A stretch of 64,000 nucleotides of DNA from Octopus vulgaris. Its lineage: Eukaryota. The position numbers and the translations under genes were made by a program. The stretch covers positions 50,716,001-50,780,000 of the forward strand of contig OX597824.1 of the NCBI GenBank assembly GCA_951406725.2, written 5' to 3'. This document shows, piece after piece, positions 46,633 to 60,697 of this stretch (positions within the stretch are counted from its first letter, which is position 1; every line of letters begins with the position of its first letter). Below the pieces are notes generated by a model that did no database searches, was not told the DNA's origin, and saw only the letters and a program-made list of their open reading frames with translations.

Positions 46633-47700
46633 CAGGCTGAATAAAATCAAGCAACATTTTGAAACATGAAATTAATCACAATATATTTCAAGAATGCGGA
46701 AATTTTATTCATCAAAGTAAGTACCGTTACAATCAATACATTTTGCCAACGAGTTAGAAGTTTGTTTATTTTGGTAACATAAAAATCTGGAATTCTGGAG
46801 CTGGTGAACTTTTTGAACGCACTTTCACCATCAGTTTGATTTTGGAACTCGTTCTCTCGCAATAAACCATCAAAGTGCTTGAAAAGGTGGTAGGAGAAAG
46901 GTCTGGACAATAAGCTGGGTGGGGAAGAACTTCGTAGCCAAGTTCCCTTGTAGCGGTTTTTCGTTCATTTTGGCAATTTCATGGCAATATGTCCTACAGT
47001 AATGGTTTTTCCGGGTTTTAAGAAGTTATAGTTAATGAGTCCAGCAGTACACTACCAAACAGTCACAATAACCTTCTTTTTGAAGAGCTCAGGTTTAGGG
47101 AAGGTTTTCGGTGCTTCATTTTGGTCCAACCACTACGAAGAACGTTTTTTATTATTGTAGAGAATCCACTTTTTATCGCAAGTTACAATACGGTCGAGAA
47201 ATGGATTGGTCTGGTTACAGAGAAGAAGCGACGAGCAAATTTCATATCTACGCATTTTCTGATTTCCATTCAAATCATGTGGTACCCATTTGTCGAGCTT
47301 TTTACAGTTTTCGATCGCATGCAAATGGTTGCTGGCAGTTTTCGGGCTAGCTTGAAGTTCTTTTGCCAGTTCTCGGGTCGTTTTACGTGAATCTTTCTCG
47401 ATGACGCTCTTTAATTGACCGTCATCGATGACAGATGGGCGTCCACTACGCTCACGATCTTCAAAGCACAGGTCTTCATTGCGAAATCGTTTAAACCATT
47501 TTCGAGATGACCACGCCCTGGTCATTTCCTCACCAAACATTTCGTTGATATCGCGAGCGGTTTCAGCTGTTTTACGTCCTTTGTTGAAGTTGAATAGCAA
47601 AATTTCTCGAATATCGCACTTTGACAGTTCCATTTCAGATGATTGTAGCAACAGCGAAAAAAATACCAATGTTAATTTATTAGTGCATTTGGGCAAGTCT
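46632..47700 (-). mobile_element. Decayed mariner (Hsmar1/cecropia-like) transposon
   Basis: IREILLFNFNKG...WFKRF...RSGRP...WVPHDL...RIVTCDKKW; C-terminal YHLFKHFD...KLLTRWQ; internal deletion; only one TIR evident. Confidence 0.88.
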
Positions 47701-48242
47701 ATATCTATATTATCAGAAATTTGAAAAAATTAAGTTACATATATCAATATCTATAAATCTGAAATACGATCCCGTTGGATTGACTCCAAAATTTACAGGG
47801 ACATGTAAAATGAGGTGAGGATGTGAGTGGGCTAGGTTAAAAATCCATATCTTAAAAGGTGTGGTTACTAGGGCAAAAAACGCACACTTTGACAAGTCTT
47901 CTCTCATTCTCTTATCTGCCTGTCTTCCTCCGTGTCTCTCTCTTTCCTCTATTCCTTTCACATTCTCTCTATAACGTCGTTTGACAACGTCTACTATCTT
48001 TCCCCCGCCGACTACACTCTTTCTACCACATACTCCCTCTCCCTCTCTATCTACGCCTGTCTGCATTCATAGCGAGAATTATTATCGCCACAACCACCAC
48101 ACAATCATAAGAACAAATATTATGAATCAGATATTTATTGGGTTAATTTATATATGTGTGTGAGTGTGTTCTATATATAAATATGTATATATAATGTATA
48201 TATAATGTATTTATACAAAGTGTATATATCTGTATTTATATA

Positions 48243-48281
<39 letters not shown>

Positions 48282-48283
<2 letters not shown>

Positions 48284-48479
48284 TTTCTTTTATTCTTTTA
48301 CTTGTTTCAGTCATTTGACTGTGGCCATGCTGGAGCACCGCCTTTAGTCGAGCAAATAGACCCCGGGACTTATTCTTTGTAAGCCCAGTACTTATTCTAT
48401 CAGTCTCTTTTGCTGAACCGCTAAGTGACGGGGACGTAAACACACCAGCATCGGTTGTCAAGCAATGCTAGGGGGACAT

Positions 48480-48514
<35 letters not shown>

Positions 48515-48679
48515 CATACGACAGGCTTCTTTCAGTTTCCGTCTACCAAATCCAATCACAAGGCATTGGTCGGCCCGAGGCTATAGCAGAAGACACTTGC
48601 CCAAGATGCCACGCAGTGGGACTGAACCCGGAACCATGTGGTTGGTAAGCAAGCTACTTACAACACAGCCACTCCTGCG

Positions 48680-48681
<2 letters not shown>
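48282..48681 (-). mobile_element. SINE family A, full-length
   Basis: Near-identical to 6342-6736. Confidence 0.93.
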
Positions 48682-48743
<62 letters not shown>

Positions 48744-48829
48744 GTATACATTTGTATATATAATGCGTACACACACACATGTATATATAATGCGTATATA
48801 TATATATATATAATATGTGCATTATGTGG

Positions 48830-49668
48830 TCAGTTGAGCTGAAAATATGCGCACCTATGTTAAAAGTGCTGGCGAGTTTGCATGGCAACTATTTTTTCCT
48901 CAAATGAAAGGCGTGACCTCTAGGACAAAATTCCTCATCTTATAAAATGTGGCCCGAGTAGACCCGAATGAAATCGGGTTATATTAACCAAAATGTTAAA
49001 ATGGGTCTAAATGGGGCTGGAAGGGGATTAAAATTTACAGGAGCGAGTGTTTAGGAATTCTCTGTTAGATCAAGCTAAAAAATTTGCGCCACCCTTTAAA
49101 TCTTCAATGTGTTGCCGTCCATGATGAAGAAGTTTTGAATGCTTGCCATGGTGAGTCTACTGTCGTGAGAAAGAACCACTTCAAGACTTGGTGTTTAGGA
49201 ATTTTGTTTTACATCAAGTTCAAAATTTTACGCTAACCGTTAAACCGCCACTACGTTGCTGTATGTCGTTAAGAAATGCCAGCCATGGTGACTCTACTAT
49301 CCTCAGATTCTATCCCTTCAAACTTTGTCCCTTTTAAATGTTAGTGTTTTGCTGTTTGCCTTGAAACAGACCTTTCCATTGTCACTGCCTGATATTTATG
49401 ATTGATCTTTCAAAATATTTTATTTCTCAACTTACACAAGATCTTTTGTTTTTATAAATGCGAGATAGATAGATAGAGAAAGATAGAGAGTAAGAGAAAG
49501 CGAGGGAGAGTCCGAGAGAAAGGAAGAGTAAGAGAGTGGGAAAGTGAGAGAGAAAGGATAGAGAAAAGAAACAAAGAGGGAGAATGTGGTGATAAAAAAC
49601 AGAAAGGAAGCAACAGAAAGTAACAACCACACTCTTACCCGCGCGTAGAGTGGGTCACCTTAAGCTAG
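48830..49668 (+). mobile_element. Probable non-autonomous Helitron (3' end clear, 5' end uncertain)
   Basis: Hairpin ACCCGC-gcgtaga-GTGGGT then CTAG|T at 49665-49669. Confidence 0.45.
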
Positions 49669-49669
49669 T

Positions 49670-49716
<47 letters not shown>

Positions 49717-49719
49717 CTT

Positions 49720-49890
49720 TGTGTCCGTGTTTGCATTTGTATCCTAAACCACATGACAACAGATGTTCGTTTGTTTACGTCTCCGTAACCTAGAGGTTCG
49801 GCAACAGAACCTGGTAGAATAAGTATACGTACCTACTAGTACTCAGCTGGATTCGTTCGACTAAAATCCTTGAAGAAGGTGCCCCAGCAT
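49720..49890 (+). mobile_element. SINE family A 3' half, diverged
   Basis: gacaacagatg...gtttacgtctccgtaacctagaggttcggc...ggtgccccagcat. Confidence 0.65.
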
Positions 49891-49894
49891 TTCT

Positions 49895-50760
49895 ATCTCT
49901 CTGTGCGACCTCATTACAACAAACGCGTTCTATAGAGGATTAGTGGAGGGGAAGTGCGACGACGTTCTCGGGTAGAATCTTGGCGTCGACGAGGAACACC
50001 TGACCTGCCTGTTCAGGACAAGTTTCGGGCCGGGACCTATAGACAATCACCAAAGATCCCTGGCCTGGCATTGCTATCGAGAAACATTACCCTTTCGGGA
50101 TAAGCTCAACAGGCACGGTTCCAGACACACCGGACCGACTTGCCCGAGATGCGGTCAGAGCGACGAAACCGTTCTGCACGCACCCGTGCAGTGTCCAACC
50201 ATTTCGGACCTGTGGACTTATGCCGAACGGCTGCTGTTACATGTGGGACGAGTCCGCCTGTTGGCCGAGTCAATCGTGAAACTTGCTCCGCCACCTTCCC
50301 TCAACCGGGAAGGGAAGGCAAGGCAGTCTTCATCGTTACTGGTGGCCATGGTGAAAGAATGTGCGTTGTGGGCTCGAGCGAAAGGATTAGAGACAAACAC
50401 TTACCGCTCTGGCCAATCGCTCGTCAACTTTTTCAAGTACCACTTGAAAAGGAAGGTGAAAATGGAGAGGTAGGTTTTGTCTCCCCAAAGTTTCAAAAAA
50501 AAAAGCAAAAAGGTTGGTGAATGTAGCAAAGATGGTGTGTGCGGGTGACGAAACCACTTTGAGCATGATCCTGTAAATCAAAGAGAGAGAGAGAGTGAGA
50601 AAGAGAGAGATAGAGAGAGGTTACCGTGGTCTTTTCCGTAGTCTTTCCTTTCCACGGATAAACCTAATCTTACTTTTTACATTTTAAAAATTCTTCTGTG
50701 ATACACGATCCCTTTTGAACGGAATATTACTTTGTTTCTTATTTTTCCCCATTTTTCACT
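49895..50760 (+). mobile_element. Tx1/L1-clade LINE 3' fragment with CCHC zinc knuckle
   Basis: SLAWHCYRETLPFRDKL...CPRCGQSDETVLHAPVQC...LW; stops and frameshifts; T-rich 3' UTR. Confidence 0.8.
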
Positions 50761-50952
50761 CAATCTACTGAAAGTCCTATGGCGATAGAAGAGTGGCAAT
50801 GTATGCAGATCAACAAAGAAACTGAATAATCATCTGGGAGGTCAGAATTGTAGGTCAGGCGTGTCTTGCCGACAGTGAAGTACAGTTCGACGTCAACCAT
50901 GTGTGGAGATGCAGCAATCACCATATATGTGTGTGTGTATGTATATATATAA

Positions 50953-51005
<53 letters not shown>

Positions 51006-51139
51006 TATAAATAAGGATAAGATCGTTAATTTAAAATAAAATAACGAACTTATTAAGTGGTCAGCATGGAAAAAAATAACCATCAAAGGTAATAATTGTT
51101 AAAATTATACCTAATTTATAATTCTAATATATATGTATA

Positions 51140-51495
51140 CTAGCAGTATCACCCGGCATTGCTCGGGTTTGTAAGGGAAATAACTATAAAGCATTTTTAG
51201 AGAGTTATAGCCCAAAAATAGCAAAAAAATGGAAAAAAAATGATGGTAAATTTTTTTTTTGAGAGTTAAAAGGTCGAGTTGAGTCCCCTAGACAGTCTGT
51301 GGTTTGTGTTTCTGATTCTCGACCCCATGTCGAATTTATCGATTTTTTTCAGAACTGGGGGAACTTTTCAAAATTTTCGCTGCGTTAGTTTTGAATTATG
51401 ACATTGGGCCATGTGTGTATCAAGTTTCATCAGAATCGGTTGAAAGCCGTGTTCAGGGTGAGGGTACAACCTAACAGACACACAGACAAACTGCC

Positions 51496-51530
<35 letters not shown>
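51140..51530 (-). mobile_element. Non-autonomous Helitron
   Basis: Minus 3' end CCCGAGCAATGCCGGGtgatactgCTAG|T; 5' TATATATAAACGGCAGTTTGTCTGTGTG. Confidence 0.75.
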
Positions 51531-51537
<7 letters not shown>

Positions 51538-51539
51538 GA

Positions 51540-52478
51540 CACTGCCCGGAACACCACCACAATCTCTACCACCCTTACTAATAGTACAATTAATAACAAC
51601 AATAGTAATAACAATGATGGTAATGATAACGTTTATACTACTAATAATCTAGAATCTTCTACCGCCTTCTCTAAACTCTCTTCTGTCGATATTACCTCCT
51701 CTATTCCTGAACACATTCCCCAAAATTCACCAAATTGTAATTGCCGTCCTGAACCATCTGTCCGTTACAAACCCATTGAAGAAGATATAATGTAATTTAC
51801 AAATGCACTGTCCTCAATCTATTACACAACTCTACAGACATATACACAGGATCAACCAAAAGTTTTAAGCGACGATATGCCTCCATTCTTTTAGATACGA
51901 TAAACATAGTAAATCTACAACAATCGCCAACCACATACATCATCTCAAAAATACAGACATACCCTATAATCTATCATGGTCCATACTGGATTCAGGGCTT
52001 CCCTACCGAGGTCAACGCTCAATCTTCAAGCTTTGCCTGAGGAGGCACTTCACATATTAAAACACAACTCTCCAGCATAAAAACAACGAGGCATTAAGCA
52101 CATGCAACCACCGCTTTTGTCACACATTCAAATTCTACCACAAATCCAAATACCTAAACGACTATACAGTATATTTCCACAATACCCCTTAGGTAATCCC
52201 AATCACCTTATAAATCTACATTTTAACTCCTAATTTCACTCATACTCGAATATCACAACCATCTAATTATATTCGTGTGTATATGAGTGCATGCATATGT
52301 GCATGTATATATATGTGTGTGTATATATGTATGGGTGTATGTATGAATGTATGTATGTATGCAAAGTACATATGCCTGCGTGTACAGGGGCAATAATACA
52401 TACAGATACACGTATACATATACATATGAGTACGAGTTGTATATGTAGATATTGATACCTACATATGTATAAATATAC

Positions 52479-52509
<31 letters not shown>

Positions 52510-53370
52510 CATGTCTAATATATGAATCTGTATACATCTTCACATATATATTTTCTTCTACTACTAAGCACTGACCTGTCAACCACCTAATCTATATTCC
52601 TAAGTTCTTCATTCCACCATATTACTACCCCTCCCTCTGCCCCATCACTTAAACTCTATCACTACATAACTGACACTTCTTTACTTTTTACACTATTTAT
52701 ACCTCTCTCTCTCTCTCACCCCCATTCCTTCTGACACTCCTTTATTCTTTACCCAATCATCTTTTTACACTATAATATATTTCTCTATCTATCACCCTCT
52801 TCTCCCCATTCCTACTTTCAAGTTATCTTGACTGACCACTAACTGGTACACTTTCCCTGTCTTCATCTCTTTATTTTTTCTCTCATTGTTTTTCTTTTCT
52901 CCTTTTTCTTTCATTATTTTGTTCCTCTCTTCCTATTTGTTTCTCTTTTCCTTTTTTCTTTTTTCTCTTCTCTTTTCTCTTTTCTTTACTCCTCTCCTGT
53001 TTTCGATTTGATCTTACAAATACATTCCCTACATTTAGGTCACTTTAAATAAAACCCTCGATTCAATAGCACTGTATACAAACTATATACTTGGAATGAC
53101 ACATTTTAAATACTATTGGAATTTACTCACAAGGTACTGGAATCTTATATGTATACCTTTCTGCCTAAATAATGGATCTACAAATGCAATATCCCTGTAT
53201 ATTTCACATCTATTTTCATTCCTCCACTTCATTCTCTATTTCATATCTTGTCTAAATTAACTATTGCTTATAATAAATATCCTGGAAACAGCAGTAAGAC
53301 CTTCTATTTATAAATGTTCTAAAATCTTCACAGCCTTGGTTTTTTTTTTATCTCATTCTGAAAAAAGTTA
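51540..53370 (+). mobile_element. Decayed Penelope-like element 3' part (Naiad-type GIY-YIG at 51730-52140 plus 3' region)
   Basis: NCNCR / ICPLQTH*RRYNVIYKCTV...YTGSTKSFKRRY...STTIANHIHHLK...WSIL...KLCL...STCNH; HHR remnant GAAA-cagcag-TA-agac near 53285; 3' boundary inferred. Confidence 0.75.
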
Positions 53371-53379
53371 TATATATAT

Positions 53380-53424
<45 letters not shown>

Positions 53425-53431
<7 letters not shown>

Positions 53432-54108
53432 GATGACTTTTTGGATGGGATAAATGTTACTGTTCTTTAGTCCCAAGAAACATCGTTTCTAGTTGGCTAT
53501 ATGTTTTCGAACAGGGGAGATTAGTACCCCCCCCACCGAGCACAACTTAACATCCGCGGACTAGTTTCAGAGTTATTGCTCTTTATCGGCGTAGAGTAGC
53601 TTGGTTTGCTAGATGTCACTGTTAATATGCTGTCGAAAACATATAAAATTCAAAGTGACAAACAGTCACTGATCTACAATAATAGAAATATTATATTTCT
53701 AAATCTCCCAAAGAGAGATATACAGTAACAGCACGATAAAGTGATGAGTTTTTGCCAACATAATGTGGCAATCCCAGAATGGGATATATGTTACTGTTAT
53801 TTAGCCCCAAGAAACATAATTTCTAGCTGGCTTTCCGTTACAAAAGCTCTGTGTCCTTATGTTTTCGAACAGGGAGATTAGCACCTCAACCCAGCACAAC
53901 CTAGCATCCACAGACTAGTTTCGGGGTTATTCCTTTTTATCAGCGCGGAGTAGCTTGGCTTGCTAGATGCTGCTGCTAATCTGCTGTCGAAACGATGTTT
54001 CTTGGGGCTAAACAACAGTAACATTGCCACATTATGTTGGCAAAAACTCATCAGTTTATCGCGCTGTTACAGCATATCTCTCTTTGAGGGATTTAGAAAT
54101 ATAATATT
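53425..54108 (-). repeat. Tandem plus inverted repeat unit with two hammerhead motifs
   Basis: Direct repeat 53425-53640 / 53736-53993; 53993-54108 is an inverted copy of ~53687-53819; HHRs at 53553-53595 and 53907-53949. Confidence 0.8.
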
Positions 54109-54135
54109 ATATATATACATCCTCCATATATATAT

Positions 54136-54305
54136 GCGCAGGAGTGGCTGTGTGGTAAGTAGCTTGCTAACCAACCACATGGTTCCGGGTTCAGTCCCAC
54201 TGTGTGGCATCTTGGGCAAGTGTCTTCTGCTATAGCCCCGGGCCGACCAATGCCTTGTGAGTGGATTTGGTAGACGGAAACTAAAAGAAGCCTGTCGTAT
54301 ATATG

Positions 54306-54340
<35 letters not shown>

Positions 54341-54556
54341 TTTTGTGTCTGTGTTTGTTCCCCCAACATTGCTTGACAACCGATGCTGGTGTGTTTACGT
54401 CCCCGTAACTTAGCGGTTCGGCAAAAGAGACCGATAGAATAAGTACTGGGCTTACAAAGAATAAGTCCCGGGGTCGATTTGCTCGACTAAAGGCGGTGCT
54501 CCCGCCTGGCCGCAGTCAAATGACTGAAACAAGTAAAAGAGTAAAAGAGTAAAAGA

Positions 54557-54557
<1 letters not shown>
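54136..54557 (+). mobile_element. SINE family A, full-length
   Basis: tRNA head, internal TA/TG tract, (AGTAAAAG)n tail. Confidence 0.93.
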
Positions 54558-54599
<42 letters not shown>

Positions 54600-55089
54600 C
54601 TACTACAACCACCATGGTCACTACTATTACTACTACGATCAACAGTCCTCCACTACTGCTGCTGCTGCTACTGCTACAGCTTAACTGCTGCAACCCCAAC
54701 CACCACCACCACGGTTACCACTACTACGACCAACAGTCACTGCTACTACTGCCATTTCAGCCACTGGTCATTCTGTTGCTGCTACTACTGCCACAGCTAA
54801 GCCGCTACAACCAATGAGCTGCTGCAACCCCAACCACGACCACGGTTACTGCTACTACGACCAACAGTCACTGCTGCTACTACTATTTCAGTCGGGGGTC
54901 ATTCGAACACAAGACAGCTAAAAAACAACCACGTGGATCTTGTTGAGACCAGTAAGAAACAATTATGAACTTTTTTATTACACTCAACTTGAAATTTATA
55001 GCTGTTATACTTACTACCGACAAAACACCACCACATGGATTCTATTGAGACAATTATGAACTTTTCTATTGCATTTAACTTTTTAAAAT

Positions 55090-55134
55090 ATTTTCGATAA
55101 GGTTCGTTCTTTCAAGAACCGAAACATGTAAAAT
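55090..55134 (+). ncRNA. Minimal hammerhead variant (U3,C4,A8)
   Basis: ATTT-TCGATAA-GGTTC-gttctttcaa-GAACC-GAAA-CATG-TA-AAAT. Confidence 0.55.
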
Positions 55135-55228
55135 TTCTAAGAAAATCAAAATTTATCTAATATAGTGGCGTTTTCAAACTTCTTTTTTACAAATATATAC
55201 CCACTCGTGTACGATCTACACTTATTAT

Positions 55229-56548
<1,320 letters not shown>

Positions 56549-56564
56549 CAGGTTAAGCCATACG

Positions 56565-56791
56565 AGCAGCAACAATTTAACCTCTTTGAAAGTCCGATAG
56601 ATCTGTCATTTTAATGAATTTTAATTACCTTTTACTGATGATATCAGAAAAGAAACAGCAATTTCAGCAAAACATATTAAGCAACACTAATAATAAATAA
56701 AAAACACATAAAAATAAACAAGCTTTTGACGGTTTTATAGATATTTCAAAATTATGATGCTAGGTGTTTCCATTATTTTGTCCAACCCTTG
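56565..56791. mobile_element. Tc1-like transposon terminal fragment
   Basis: Minus strand reads TA-CAAGGGTTGGACAAAATAATGGAAACACC, a typical Tc1 TIR; partner end not seen. Confidence 0.55.
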
Positions 56792-56857
56792 TATGTATTT
56801 CTAGACGTAGGTATATATATATATATATATATACCTACGTCTGTGTGTGTACATATG

Positions 56858-56894
<37 letters not shown>

Positions 56895-58059
56895 ATATAT
56901 GCATACACATTAACATATACGTACCCATACGTATATACATACATATACACACACACACATGCATATATACATATATATATAAATATATATGCACGCACAA
57001 GAGTGTAGGTGAGAATTCGTACTTGTCACTAATATGCCATAAATTCGTAATTAAGCCACCCTTCGGTGCAATCTACAGTTTCCTAATTATCTCGTTTAAT
57101 TATATTGATTAATCCCGCTTCATGGTTACAACGGAAAGTATAAAGAAGAAGAAATAGTCGTACAGAGACAAAGAGGAAGGGAAATGGATAGAGAGACGAT
57201 GGAGCTGAGCGAACGAGAGTAGGTGAAAATGATAGAGAAAGACATAAAGGAGGACGTAGACTGGAACATTTTATAGAGAGATTGTGAGCAAAACTGAGAC
57301 AAGTTATGTTAAATGGCAGCATATATCTAATTCACCACGCCGTACGTACGTACGTATGTATGTATGTATGTATGTATGTATGTATGTATGTATCTTTTAT
57401 GTATGTATGTATGTTTTATGTATGTATGTATGTATGTGTATATGCATGTATGTATGTATGTATGTATGTATGTATGTATGTATGTATGTATGTATGTATG
57501 TATGTATGTATGTATGTATGTATGTTTGTATGTATGTATGTATGTATATATGTATGTATGCATGCATGTATGTATGTATGTTATTGTTCAGTTTTATTTC
57601 AAGATTTCTTGCCAATAGAGAAAGAGCCAGTTTCTAACCTAGATGCAAGTCTCCTTTATTGGAATTTCAACATCAACAAGGGGGTATTTTTGTTTGTCCA
57701 TATGTATGTGTATGTGCAGATTTGCATGCTTTGCTTTATGTATGTATCCTCATGCATATAGTTGCATATCTAGACATACTCATCTATATTTAAGTGTTAA
57801 ATGTCTGGTAAGTTTTACAGACATTTGAAGTTCCAGTGATGGGTTGGATCTGTAGTCTTCGAATTAGCTTTCTTCTTTCTGGTTTTGAGAAGCCTGATTT
57901 CTCAAAATTGGTATTTAAGCAGTGTGTTACACATCCCAGGGCCCCAATAATTACAGGTAAATGTATGTATGTTTGTTTGTATTAATGTATGTAAAAATTC
58001 TCCAATGCTGTTATATAGCACATGACATATATTCTGATATGGGCTGTAATCGCCCCGAA

Positions 58060-59950
58060 TACCGAGCCGAGAATTCTTCAAAAATTTAGGACTAAACATT
58101 ACTATAGGTAAGGATTATCGTAGAGTGAATTTTCTTAACACTACTTTCTGTCTTGATACTGGAATATTTGAACCATTTCTTAAGTCAAATAATCATATTA
58201 AGTACATTAACGTAGCATCCAACCATCAACACTCGATTATACGGGGTCTAGTTAATAATATTTCTACAAGAATCTCTGCTAACAATAAAATCTTCGAATT
58301 TTATGCATCTTAGGGCTGATTACCGTGAAAAAATCCAATACATTCAAGAAGCAGGCATACACAACACTGGTAATTCCTCCAACAGCGGTGCACATTGTAA
58401 ACCAACACAACGTTACCGTTTGAGAAGTCACTCAGATAAAGAACACAGGCCAGAAAGAATTGGTCATATCAATGAACTACCAACGAAAATTCATAGACAT
58501 ATGCGACATAATATTTCAACTGCTTGTTCCAATCCTGTATAACACACACGATCAAATAAGCCAAAGAACAGATATAGGAATCAGGATGATCCCTGATTCA
58601 ACTCGATTTTCGGTTTGCATGTTTCAACCAAGATCGCTGGAAAAATTTTTGCTGCTTTGGACAGGTATTTTCCTAAATCTAATCGGTATCGTGCTATTTT
58701 TAATCGTCACACCGTGAAGGTATCCTACGCCAACTCTGCTAATTTAGATCAGCTTATCCGTCGCATAAACAATAGCAAAATACAGCAAAGTTTCAATAAC
58801 CCACTTACTTGATCTAGCGAACATTTGCATCTAAATACCAACCAAGGAGATGCAAACTGCATTGATAAACACCAGCCACGACCAATTTGTAGTAGTAGAA
58901 ACACTTATGATACAGTTAGCATGGTAACAACGCCGGTAAATGGAGTCGGGACTACCTTATATACAAATAAATACGATAAACGCTCATGCAGAGAAAAATC
59001 AAAATGTCCTTTGATGAATCTCTGTATGAGTAAGAATCTTGTATATATAAATGTGCACACAAGGGGAGGGCACTATGTTTACATTGGGTAGACAGCTGAT
59101 TTATTTAACAATGGTTATCGTAACCATGTTGCCAGCTTTAAGACAATCAATAAGAGACATTCAACACCATTGGTAAATTTTGTATGGCGACTGAAGGAGG
59201 ATAAAACGAAGTACAGCATTAATTTGTCCATAGTAAGGTATGCAAAACCACACAATATAATTTCCATGAGATGCCGTCACTGCTCCGAAGAATCCCTGTC
59301 TAATCTTTTAACTAATGAGAAGATAATTTATAGAATTTCTGAATGACTCTCGAGATGCCTACACGCATATAAATATACTTTCGCACAATGCAGTGAGAAT
59401 GAATTTTGAGTAATCATTAACTTAATTTACTTTAAGATATGGATGACTTAAGTTTACTTTTAACCTCCCCGTTCTTATAAGCACCAAGTTGATAAATAAC
59501 TCGCCTTGTGGTCATGAGTGCACCAAACCTCACGTGTGCGTATGCTCACATTTTTGCGGATGCTTGTATGAGTGGATGTACTCGCGCCAGGTCGCTTGCC
59601 CGAGAGCGTTTATACATCCATATCTGTTAACGGTTATTTTTAATACTTTTCTCGCTGGATTGCATATTCGTTTCTCTTTTTGTCATCTTTGATTTTATTT
59701 TTGATCTTCTATATAAATGAAGATATTTCTTCCGTCTGGTTGCTTTTAACTCTACAAAATGCAAAGTTACATTGCGGAACAGCCATTTTAACGAGTTGTA
59801 TTTATTTATCCTCGACGAGATACATTTGAATTGCTCCTGAATTGGTTGTTAAGTGTCTTCCCCAAGAGTAATCGATGCTAGATGTGCCGAAACAATTGTC
59901 GTGATTAATAATAAATTCTCGTATATTCCATCTTCTGTTTTTCATTTGGT
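58060..59950 (+). mobile_element. Decayed Penelope-like element (RT thumb, Naiad-type GIY-YIG, pLTR)
   Basis: FGLNITI...VNFLNTTFCLDTG...YINVASNH; IFNRHTVKVSY; SCREKSKCPLMNLCMSKNLVY...YIG*T...YRNHVASF...CRHC...RCLH; degenerate HHR GAAA-CAATTG-TC-gtgatt at 59829-59906. Confidence 0.85.
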
Positions 59951-60058
59951 ATATATCTATATATATGCCGCACGCTAGGAGGGACTTTTAAAGTCATAAC
60001 TACCAAATATAAACAAATCGTACCGAATGCAATTCTCGAAGCGAGTCATTTAAAAACA

Positions 60059-60135
60059 GAATTTAGCTACAGATCATCTGTGATTTCGCAATCAACGCAG
60101 TATCTGCGTTCCTTGCTCGTCAGTGCAGCGAATTC
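60059..60135 (-). ncRNA. Type I hammerhead ribozyme (inverted copy)
   Basis: GCTGCA-CTGACGA-GCAAggAACGCAGataCTGCGTTgaTTGC-GAAA-TCAcagaTGA-TC-TGTAGC. Confidence 0.88.
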
Positions 60136-60620
60136 AAGATATATCATGAATGAACAAATCAACATACCAGACAGACAACCGTCGCATCCATCGTAGCATA
60201 TGGAACTGTTCACCCCTCATAAATCTATGTAAATGGCGGGCTTTTTAAATGACTCGCTTCGAGAATTGCATTCGGTACGATTTGTTTGTATTTGGTAGTT
60301 ATGACTTTAAAAGTCCCTCCTAGCGTGCAGCATTTATGTGTAATAATGCCCTCTATATAATATAAATAAATATTTTCAAGTGAAAAATTTATAGATTTTT
60401 TCTCTTATGAGGTTTTTCACGCTAACTACTTGATAATTTCTTATTAAGATTTTATCCTATTTTTTAAATTTGTTCCGAAGAAGCACGTTTTTACCGAAAT
60501 GCAATTCGAAAAAGCCCGCCATTTACATAGATGTATGAGGGGTGAACAGTTCCATATGCTACGATGGATGCGACGGTTGTCTGTCTGGTATGTTGATTTT
60601 GTTCATTCATGATATATCTT

Positions 60621-60697
60621 GAATTCGCTGCACTGACGAGCAAGGGACGCAGATACTGCGTTGATTGCGAAATCACAGGTGATCTGTAGCTAAATTC
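60621..60697 (+). ncRNA. Type I hammerhead ribozyme
   Basis: Stem I GCTGCA/TGTAGC, core CTGACGA 60633-60639, stem II GCAA..ACGCAG/CTGCGT..TTGC, GAAA 60669-60672, stem III TCAC/GTGA, AUC site with cleavage predicted after 60684. Confidence 0.9.

Noticed and set aside
60466-60512. Second hammerhead (CCGAAGA...GAAA tgca) in the 458-nt unit
   Set aside because: No stem II pairing and no U at position 16.1
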